Assembly: GCA_029551395.1 (NCBI GenBank)
Contig: JAKPFN010000014.1
Span: 319 to 64,318, forward strand
DNA from: Armatimonadota bacterium
Lineage (GTDB): Bacteria > Armatimonadota > UBA5829 > DTLH01
Direction: 5' to 3'
Length of the DNA: 64,000 nucleotides
Positions 1-7,176 of this stretch are shown here, piece after piece. The notes beneath the pieces are model-generated. The model was not told the DNA's origin. It worked only from the letters and a program-made list of their open reading frames with translations, and made no database searches. The position numbers and the translations under genes are program-made. Position 1 is the stretch's first letter; each line of letters starts with the position of its first letter.

Positions 1-657
1 CTTTACTGTTCTTTCGACCCCAGCATCTATTATCCTGAGGTGCAAGAGCCAATCTGGGACCTTGGCTACCTTGGAACCTATAGTGATGACCGCCAACCAA
101 TGCTCGATGCATTGATGCTCGAATCTGCCCGCAATTGGGCAGATGGCAAGTTCATCGTAGCTGGCCCTCAGTATCCTCAGACAATCCAGTGGCCTTCAAA
201 CGTTCAGAGAGTAGACCATCTTCCACCTTCGGAACACCGCACCTTTTACAACGCCCAAAAGTTTACTCTTAACATCACCAGAGCAGATATGATTCGGGCT
301 GGATATTCTCCCAGTGTGCGGTTGTTTGAGGCTGCCGCATGTGCCACTCCAATCATCAGTGACTGGTGGGAAGGACTGGACACAATCTTCGAACCGGATG
401 TTGAGATTCTGATAAGCAAATCAGCGGAAGATACCATTCATTACCTCTGCGACATACCGGACCAGGAACGGCGCAAATTAAGAGAAAACGCGCGCAAGCG
501 GGTGATGACCTGCCACAGTGCCGCACACAGGGCTGTAGAGTTGGAAAATTACATTCTGGAACTTGTCAGAGGAGGTTCATCCAATAAAGCTGGGAACTGT
601 TTGAAAAAACATCGCATTGCACTTCAGAATACTGCACATGACGTGTTATCTGAATAA
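1..657 (+). CDS. C-terminal part of a glycosyltransferase (CgeB/GT1-like family); the 5' end lies upstream of the window
   Basis: The frame is open from position 1 with no in-frame stop, and the track ORF 40..657 continues it. The motif 'FEAAACATPIISDWWEGL' resembles the C-terminal GT-B glycosyltransferase fold of CgeB-like proteins. Confidence 0.45.
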   Translation, partial: LYCSFDPSIYYPEVQEPIWDLGYLGTYSDDRQPMLDALMLESARNWADGKFIVAGPQYPQTIQWPSNVQRVDHLPPSEHRTFYNAQKFTLNITRADMIRAGYSPSVRLFEAAACATPIISDWWEGLDTIFEPDVEILISKSAEDTIHYLCDIPDQERRKLRENARKRVMTCHSAAHRAVELENYILELVRGGSSNKAGNCLKKHRIALQNTAHDVLSE

Positions 658-1320
658 TTAGTCCAGCCTCATCCGTTCCCTGCCGTACGGGCAAAGTTCC
701 AACACCGGGCAGCGTTCGCACAACGGAGTCGGTGCTTTACAAATCGCTCGCCCATGCGCTACCAACAGATGGTTCAACTCTATCCAATTGCTCTCTGGAA
801 TAACTTCCATCAGGTCAAACTCGATTTTCGTCGGGTCTTTGTGCTTAGTAAAGCCAAGCCGGGCAGATACCCGCTTTACATGGGTATCCACGACTATCGC
901 AGGCTTCTTATACACTATGCCAAGAATCAAGTTTGCCGTCTTGCGTCCGACACCTCTAAGCTGCGTTAGTTCTTCCAACGTATCAGGTACATTTCCGCCA
1001 TACTTAGCAACAATTTCCCTGGCTATCTCCATTATGGCTTTTGTTTTCTGATTAAAGAACCCCGTTGGACGGATAATCTCCCGAAGCTCAGACTCATCAG
1101 CTCCAGCAACTGCCTCAGGTGTTGGATAACGACGGAACAACTCCGGTGTTACCTGGTTTACCCTTTCATCAGTACACTGAGCGGCAAGGATAGTGGCAAC
1201 AAGAAGCTGAAAAGGTGTTTTATAATCGAGTGTAACCATAGCCTGTGGATAGGTTTTCCGCAGGATTTCTATCACCTTCAGAGCACGATTCTTCTTTTGT
1301 TCCAGTGTTTCTTCGCTCAT
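658..1320 (-). CDS. nth: Endonuclease III (DNA glycosylase/AP lyase)
   Basis: 220 aa with the HhH-GPD signature 'LTQLRGVGRKTANLIL' and a C-terminal 4Fe-4S motif 'CKAPTPLCERCPVLELC'. Confidence 0.9.
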   Translation of the reverse strand: MSEETLEQKKNRALKVIEILRKTYPQAMVTLDYKTPFQLLVATILAAQCTDERVNQVTPELFRRYPTPEAVAGADESELREIIRPTGFFNQKTKAIMEIAREIVAKYGGNVPDTLEELTQLRGVGRKTANLILGIVYKKPAIVVDTHVKRVSARLGFTKHKDPTKIEFDLMEVIPESNWIELNHLLVAHGRAICKAPTPLCERCPVLELCPYGRERMRLD

Positions 1321-1514
1321 TTACTTCTGCACGCAATAAACCTGGCAAATGACCGATCGTATGTACGCTCTACATCATCGGGAAAAGCACACGCCGGCAG
1401 TTGATTGTGGCTCAGATGATAACTCAGGCACTCGCAGCATTTGCCTTTTCTCGGACATCCCGGATAACTGCAGTTGCACATATCCATATTCTGTTTCAGA
1501 TTATCACAAGCCAT
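1317..1514 (-). CDS. Small cysteine-rich protein of unknown function, possibly metal- or Fe-S-binding
   Basis: 65 aa with 9 Cys in a 'CNCSYPGCPRKGKCCEC...C' arrangement. Its stop (TGA) overlaps the nth start as ATGA. It sits between mreD and nth on the same strand. Confidence 0.45.
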   Translation of the reverse strand: MACDNLKQNMDMCNCSYPGCPRKGKCCECLSYHLSHNQLPACAFPDDVERTYDRSFARFIACRSK

Positions 1515-1535
1515 GATTTTACCTCGATATAGAAA

Positions 1536-2030
1536 TTATAACCTTGCTTCTGCCATCTTGATTTTTCGCCGAACTTCCATCCAGCGCAGAAACCAGAAGA
1601 TAATCAGTGTAAGCAGGCTGTTATACAGAGATTTTATGAGCAGTACGTTCAGCGACGACCCTAAATCAGCAACAGGGTTAGCCAAAAGAAAAAGTGCTTC
1701 TCCAGAAAATGTCAGTACGCCTGCAGCCAATACAGGCACAACTGGATTATCAGAGAAGAACCGAATCGTTACCGACCCAGCTACAAACCCGATGATTGTC
1801 CGGCTTACGATAAAGCTTCCGACACCTTCTCCTACAATAGACCCATGAATAATGCCGCCAAGAAACCCTAATATTCCACCGGATAGAGGGTCAAGCGTCA
1901 GTGAGGTTGCAATCACTACAACCATCAAAAAATCCGGCCTTGCTCCTCTGATGACCATCCACGAAGGCAGATAGCCTTGCAAAGCTCCAGCCAGAATCAG
2001 CATTATTAACGGGAGAGCATACCGACGCAC
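1536..2030 (-). CDS. mreD: Rod shape-determining protein MreD
   Basis: 164-aa polytopic membrane protein immediately downstream of mreC with no intergenic gap, in the canonical mreBCD order. Confidence 0.7.
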   Translation of the reverse strand: MRRYALPLIMLILAGALQGYLPSWMVIRGARPDFLMVVVIATSLTLDPLSGGILGFLGGIIHGSIVGEGVGSFIVSRTIIGFVAGSVTIRFFSDNPVVPVLAAGVLTFSGEALFLLANPVADLGSSLNVLLIKSLYNSLLTLIIFWFLRWMEVRRKIKMAEARL

Positions 2031-2876
2031 TTACTCCACCTTCCGCAGAACAACAAATGCTTCTTCAACGCTCTCGAACCTGACGCTGGGCTTTACTTTT
2101 GCGCTTTTCATAAACCCACCGCTTTCCACCTGGACTTTTACCACACGTCCAAGCGGCAGGCCCTTTGGAGCTATTCCTCCCTGCCCGGATGTCACCACTA
2201 TATCGCCAGGCTTGACATCTGCATCTTTTGCTAAATACGTCAGATGCAGCAAGCCGGACTCTCCACCCATGCCCTGACACATTCCCATAGCTCTGGAGCG
2301 CTGTACCATTGCGCCTACACCGCTGTGGTTGTCATTGATTCCTCGTATCAGCGCGCTGGTAGGAGATACTTCGAACACCTGCCCGAGCATACCTCTATGA
2401 GTTATAACTGGCTGTCCAGGTTGAATGCCGCTTTTGCTGCCTCTGTCTATTGTAGCTGTTACAAACCATTCACTGGGGTTTCTGGATATGATTCGCACTG
2501 CCAGCAGTTTGTCAGGGGATTGCTGCTTGAGGGCTAATGCTGATCGGAGCCGCTTTGCCTCGGCTGCATCCTCTCTTAGCTGTGCAACTTCCATGTTGAG
2601 CCGCTTTACTTCTTCACGAAGCTGCCGGTTTTCCTTTTGAAGTAACTTGCGAGACCTTAGAGATTTGCTGATGCCATCAAATACCCCGCTCACACAGCTC
2701 AGCGTATTCTGAAAAGGCTTCATGACCACTCGCACGCAGTCTTCCGGGATGAACGGCTTTACTGAAAATACCTTGTCTTCATCCAGGGTGCTGTTGTGTG
2801 CTACACCTGTCAGCGTGCCAAACGCAATCAACGCAATCAGCACGGCTATCTTCCCATTCCGCAGCATGTGGAGCAT
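2031..2876 (-). CDS. mreC: Rod shape-determining protein MreC
   Basis: 281 aa with an N-terminal TM segment, a coiled coil ('LREEVKRLNMEVAQLREDAAEAKRL') and a C-terminal beta domain. It lies directly downstream of mreB. Confidence 0.85.
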   Translation of the reverse strand: MLHMLRNGKIAVLIALIAFGTLTGVAHNSTLDEDKVFSVKPFIPEDCVRVVMKPFQNTLSCVSGVFDGISKSLRSRKLLQKENRQLREEVKRLNMEVAQLREDAAEAKRLRSALALKQQSPDKLLAVRIISRNPSEWFVTATIDRGSKSGIQPGQPVITHRGMLGQVFEVSPTSALIRGINDNHSGVGAMVQRSRAMGMCQGMGGESGLLHLTYLAKDADVKPGDIVVTSGQGGIAPKGLPLGRVVKVQVESGGFMKSAKVKPSVRFESVEEAFVVLRKVE

Positions 2877-2906
2877 TTATGAATCAGCCTCCTCTGGTCA
2901 AGACAA

Positions 2907-3959
2907 CTACCGCATCCGAGTAGAGCTGATGAGTACCTTCTTCAAGGCCGGATTTGTTTCCGATTCCTCAAGCGCTTTCCCGGTGCCTATAACAACCGCG
3001 CTTAAGGGGTCAGGAGCAATATGTACCGGCATCTGTGTCTCAGCAGACAGCAGCCTATCCAATCCTCTCAACAATGCGCCGCCGCCTGCCAGCACTATAC
3101 CTCGGTCCATGATATCTGCAGAAAGCTCAGGAGGAGTTGCCTCCAGCGTCAGTTTGATACTTTCGATGATTGCATAGACCGGATCATTGATTGCCTCGCG
3201 AATTTCCGTAGAGGTAACAGTGGCGCTTCTTGGAAGTCCGGTTACCAGGTCACGTCCTCTCACCTGCATCTCCATCTCTTCTTCGAGCGGATAAGCCGAA
3301 CCTATCTGGATTTTGACTTCCTCTGATGTTCTGTCACCTATGAGCAGGTTATATACCTTGCGAATGTAAGCGATTATTGCCTCATCTATCTCATCACCAG
3401 CAATCCTTACGGACTTTGCAGTAACTATTCCGCCGAGGGATATGACGGCAACTTCCGTAGTTCCACCACCGATATCAACGATCATAGAGCCTGTCGGCTC
3501 GCTCACAGGCAGACCAGACCCTATTGCTGCAGCCATTGGCTCTTCAATAAGGTATGCATCCTGCGCTCCAGCCTTCTTAGCAGCATCTATAACAGCCCGG
3601 CGCTCAACTTCGGTAACTCCTGAAGGTATACCAACTACCACTTCAGGATGTATAAAGGTGTTACGGCGATGGACCTTGCGGATAAAACCGCGAAGCATTT
3701 GTTCAGTGTGGTCGAAATCTGCAATTACTCCATCTTTTAAGGGCCGTATTGCCACTACATTGCCCGGAGTCCTTCCTAACATACGCTTTGCTTCTTCACC
3801 CACAGCAAGCGGTTTGCGAGTTTCCGTCTCTATTGCAATAACTGACGGTTCGCGCAGCAATATGCCTCGTCCGCGCACATGAACCAATGTATTGGCTGTG
3901 CCCAAATCTATTCCTATCGCACGAGAAAACCTGGTGAATACTTTCGAGAAAATGCCCAT
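2907..3959 (-). CDS. mreB: Rod shape-determining actin-like protein MreB
   Basis: 350 aa. Actin/Hsp70-fold motifs '[12 protein letters not shown]' and '[18 protein letters not shown]'. First gene of the mre operon. Confidence 0.95.
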   Translation of the reverse strand: MGIFSKVFTRFSRAIGIDLGTANTLVHVRGRGILLREPSVIAIETETRKPLAVGEEAKRMLGRTPGNVVAIRPLKDGVIADFDHTEQMLRGFIRKVHRRNTFIHPEVVVGIPSGVTEVERRAVIDAAKKAGAQDAYLIEEPMAAAIGSGLPVSEPTGSMIVDIGGGTTEVAVISLGGIVTAKSVRIAGDEIDEAIIAYIRKVYNLLIGDRTSEEVKIQIGSAYPLEEEMEMQVRGRDLVTGLPRSATVTSTEIREAINDPVYAIIESIKLTLEATPPELSADIMDRGIVLAGGGALLRGLDRLLSAETQMPVHIAPDPLSAVVIGTGKALEESETNPALKKVLISSTRMR

Positions 3960-4286
3960 TTGTTACGGTTTGTCCCCCAGCCACTTCGGATTTACTTTTT
4001 TCTGCGGGGCTAAAAACTTCCCCACCTCAGCGGCTCAACGATGATAATTATACCAGAGTCGATTAAGTGAGTCGAGTTTAGATGATATTTCCTGTGAGAT
4101 TACGATTATACTTATCGTATTGGTGCCTGTAAGAAATGTAAGTTACAATAAAGCCGGTTGTAGTTTTAGCTTTTTTGATGACTAAGTTGAGGTGATACAC
4201 TTTTGATAGTACATACACATAGAGTTTTGCACCGAAAACGCACGGGTATAGGATTTATGAAGATAGTTGATTGCTGGTGTAAATTT

Positions 4287-5000
4287 ATGCGAGCTTTCGT
4301 TTTGGTGCTGCTTGCGATTCTAGTTTTATTATGTACAGGCTGTGCCGGACGAATAGTCACCGGCAGTGTTGAAAACAGAATAGAGGACCGACTTCCCAGC
4401 CTGATTGGTCCGGCTGAATCTTACGACGTTGAGGTCAAAGGTTCAACAAAACGGATGCTGAGAGGGCAGATTGATAGTGTAGTTATCTTTGGGCGAGAAG
4501 TATGGGTTCTACCCGGACTCCGCCTTGATAGTCTTAATATCAGGATGACGGATGTTGCTGCTAATCCTGATAACGGTACGCTGAAATCTGTAGGCAGTAC
4601 GGAATTCGATGCTGATATCTCTGAGCAATCGCTCAATGAGTATCTGGCCGAGATAAGGATGGACGATCCAAAAGTGGAACTCCTTGATGGAGAACTGATC
4701 GTCCGAACTACTCGAAAGGTGTTAGGGCTGTCTACGAATGTAGTGATGACTGGGACTTTGGTGCCGGAAGGTAAGAAGTTGAACTTCAAACTAAAACGTC
4801 TCAAGGTAGCGGGACTTGGAACCCCTTCCATTGCAACCAAAGTCGTGGAAGATTGGATCAATCCGGTGCTCGACTTGGAATCTACTGACTTTTCACCGGA
4901 GTTGGAGTCGGTGGTCATTTCACCGGGTTCAATACGAGTCACAGGAGAGGCTCATCTGGGTGATGGTGGATCGCCCCGGCGGGCCGATCAGGCAAACTGA
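4287..5000 (+). CDS. Lipoprotein of unknown function (DUF2993/LmeA-like?)
   Basis: Track ORF 4203..5000. The internal Met at 4287 begins a lipoprotein signal peptide 'MRAFVLVLLAILVLLCTGC' with an LCTGC lipobox. The rest is a hydrophilic extracytoplasmic domain. Confidence 0.45.
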   Translation: MRAFVLVLLAILVLLCTGCAGRIVTGSVENRIEDRLPSLIGPAESYDVEVKGSTKRMLRGQIDSVVIFGREVWVLPGLRLDSLNIRMTDVAANPDNGTLKSVGSTEFDADISEQSLNEYLAEIRMDDPKVELLDGELIVRTTRKVLGLSTNVVMTGTLVPEGKKLNFKLKRLKVAGLGTPSIATKVVEDWINPVLDLESTDFSPELESVVISPGSIRVTGEAHLGDGGSPRRADQAN

Positions 5001-5040
5001 AAATGACATTGCGGTAATACCGCTGGATAGGAGTTGAAAA

Positions 5041-5196
5041 ATGTCTACAGTGCTATGGGTAATTATTATAGCCCTGTTCGTGCTGTGGTTGATCGGCCTC
5101 GGTGTGAATTGGGGCAACTGGTTGTGGATTTTGTTTGTTGTTGCAGTTGTCTTGCTGCTTTACAACCTATTCACAGGTAGACGTGTCACAGCTTGA
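5041..5196 (+). CDS. Small membrane protein of the lmo0937 family (51 aa), below the ORF-track length cutoff
   Basis: ATG at 5041 preceded by 'ggagttgaaaa' (SD). It encodes MSTVLWVIIIALFVLWLIGLGVNWGNWLWILFVVAVVLLLYNLFTGRRVTA: two hydrophobic helices and a basic C-terminus, typical of this family. Confidence 0.5.
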   Translation: MSTVLWVIIIALFVLWLIGLGVNWGNWLWILFVVAVVLLLYNLFTGRRVTA

Positions 5197-5212
5197 CGTG
5201 ACTACTAAAATC

Positions 5213-5244
5213 GACAGGCGGGACCGCTTATGGTCCCGCCTGTC
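5213..5244 (+). terminator. Perfect 13-bp stem / 6-nt loop hairpin after the small membrane-protein gene
   Basis: gacaggcgggacc-gcttat-ggtcccgcctgtc. GC-rich stem with no clean U-tract. Its terminator function is inferred from position. Confidence 0.4.
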
Positions 5245-5295
5245 AACATCTATAACATCTACACTTGATTCAGAATAAAATACAGCCTACCCTTG

Positions 5296-5545
5296 GGCTA
5301 AATTTGCAACACCCTCGGGCTAAATTTGCAACACACTCGGGTGCTACACCCATACTCGGGCTAAATTTGCAATTTAGCCCGGAGAAGACAGCCAAGGGAT
5401 TTGCAATCCCGTTTATTGATATTTAAGACAATCATTCAGAATCACAGATTCTTCAGCAATATGTTCGGGAGAGATTGCAAATCCCTCCCGAGACAGGTTT
5501 CTCCCGAGAGATTAATCCCTTCCGAGATAGCTCCCTTCGCTTAAC
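5296..5545. repeat. Complex intergenic repeat element, copy A. It contains TTGCAA-centred palindromes and three tandem units of ~20 bp
   Basis: 'ctcgggctaaatttgcaaca' occurs three times. There are perfect palindromes gggctaaatttgcaatttagccc and gggatttgcaatccc. About 200 bp aligns at ~80% identity to the reverse complement of 13461..13770. Confidence 0.7.
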
Positions 5546-5610
5546 ATCTTCCAGCCTGTAATGGTTTGACCGAGAGACGATAGAATGAGATAATTGCCCT
5601 GGAGGATAAT

Positions 5611-6357
5611 GTGAGCTTCTATGCAATAATCCTTGCTGCCGGCAAGGGCAAAAGAATGAGAGATGAGAACACCCCGGCTGAGTTTCCAAAAGTCCTCAAG
5701 CAGGTAAATGGCCGTCCACTCGTTTCTTACGTAATCGACACCCTAAAGGCATCAGGAATCGACGATATAACTATCATAGTAGGCTTCGGGGCTGATTATG
5801 TTAAGAATGCTCTTGGCAGTGGATTCAGATTTGTTACTCAAAAAGAACAGCTAGGCTCCGGCCATGCCGTCGCCATTGCCAAAGATGCCTTGGCAGACTA
5901 TACCGGACATGTGATTATCATGTGCGGAGATAGCCCACTCTTTAGAAAAGAAACGATATCTGCCCTTAAAAATCAGCATCTAGAATCCGGGGCTGTGATA
6001 ACGCTTGTTTCCGCTGAATTAGCAGACCCCACAGGCTACGGCAGGATAAAACGCCTTCCTTCTGGTGAAATCGCGGGAGTCGTCGAAGAAAAATGCGCGT
6101 CACCTGAAGAAAAGACCATCAAGGAAATCAATGGAGGGGCTTACGCTTTTAATTCTGCATGGCTTTGGTCCAACATTGATAAAATAGAGCGCAATGAAGC
6201 TAACGAGTTTAACCTGACATACCTTGTGAGTGTTGCAGTTTCCCAGGGGCAAAAGGTAGAAGCTGTCCAGGCCGCACCAGAAGAGGTCATGGGTGTCAAC
6301 ACGACGGAAGACCTGCAAAGAGTCGAGGGAATTCTTCTAAAAAGGTCCGGCAGATGA
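5611..6357 (+). CDS. Sugar-phosphate nucleotidyltransferase (GlmU-N-terminal/NTP_transferase-like)
   Basis: 248 aa. N-terminal 'ILAAGKGKRM' (G-x-G-x-R pyrophosphorylase motif). 'GTGYGRI' and Rossmann-like layout. Confidence 0.7.
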   Translation: MSFYAIILAAGKGKRMRDENTPAEFPKVLKQVNGRPLVSYVIDTLKASGIDDITIIVGFGADYVKNALGSGFRFVTQKEQLGSGHAVAIAKDALADYTGHVIIMCGDSPLFRKETISALKNQHLESGAVITLVSAELADPTGYGRIKRLPSGEIAGVVEEKCASPEEKTIKEINGGAYAFNSAWLWSNIDKIERNEANEFNLTYLVSVAVSQGQKVEAVQAAPEEVMGVNTTEDLQRVEGILLKRSGR

Positions 6358-6367
6358 TGGAAATTGC

Positions 6368-7162
6368 TCAAACCTCCAGGTCCTGGTAGTCATCCCGCAG
6401 CCACTTGAGCATTCGCACAAACCCGCCATTTCCGCTCAAGCGGAACTCTACCTCGTCCATCATCGCATGCATCAAACGCAGGCCTAATCCGGCTTCGTTT
6501 AGCAAACTTCCGGAATCATCCGGTGTTGGCTGGCTTATCCCTGGCCCTTCATCCATGACTTCAATGACAAATGCTTTCGGACAGCTCAAGCATCTGAGTA
6601 TAATCTTACTCTTTCCCGGCTCAGGTGAACCATGTTGAAGCGCATTGGCAAGAGCTTCTGTAAGTGCAACCCGGATTTCTGCAATGGACTGATCATCTAT
6701 CTCTGATTCCAATGCAGCATACAGGCCAAGGTCGCGAAGCGAACCAATTACTTCAGCGTCAGCGAGAATAACGGATTCAGTAATCCGCCATTCCTGCCTG
6801 CGAAGATCAGGTTTGTCAGCCTCAGGCTCATCAGACTTCAATGTGAGTACAGACAGCCCCAGCATTGTTGCCAGCCCGCTTACCTGGAGGACTCGCAATA
6901 TTCCCTCATTAGCCCCGGTAACAGCAAACCTTACTCCCAATGCTTGTGCGCGTTTACAAGCAGATGACAGAGTATGCACGGCGCTGGAATCCAGCGATTC
7001 TGCCCTGGAAAGGTCGATGGTAACTTTTGATCCTTTGTCCACAGCACGGGCAAGTACTGACCTGAACTCGCCATTGCAAATAAAATCAATACTGCCCAGC
7101 ACTCGTACAACCTGTTCTTCACCAAGTTCAAGACTGACTATCGGTTTTGGTGCGACTCCCAT
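6368..7162 (-). CDS. Fused anti-sigma-factor antagonist (STAS) / anti-sigma serine kinase (HATPase_c, RsbW-like) protein
   Basis: 264 aa. Residues 1-110 have a STAS fold ('SLDSSAVHTLSSACKRAQALGVRFAVTGA'). The C-terminal half has a GHKL ATPase N-box 'EALANALQHG' and a G-box 'DEGPGI...GLGLRLM'. There is a 14-bp gap to the upstream PP2C gene. Confidence 0.7.
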   Translation of the reverse strand: MGVAPKPIVSLELGEEQVVRVLGSIDFICNGEFRSVLARAVDKGSKVTIDLSRAESLDSSAVHTLSSACKRAQALGVRFAVTGANEGILRVLQVSGLATMLGLSVLTLKSDEPEADKPDLRRQEWRITESVILADAEVIGSLRDLGLYAALESEIDDQSIAEIRVALTEALANALQHGSPEPGKSKIILRCLSCPKAFVIEVMDEGPGISQPTPDDSGSLLNEAGLGLRLMHAMMDEVEFRLSGNGGFVRMLKWLRDDYQDLEV

Positions 7163-7176
7163 CTCCTACCACCTCG

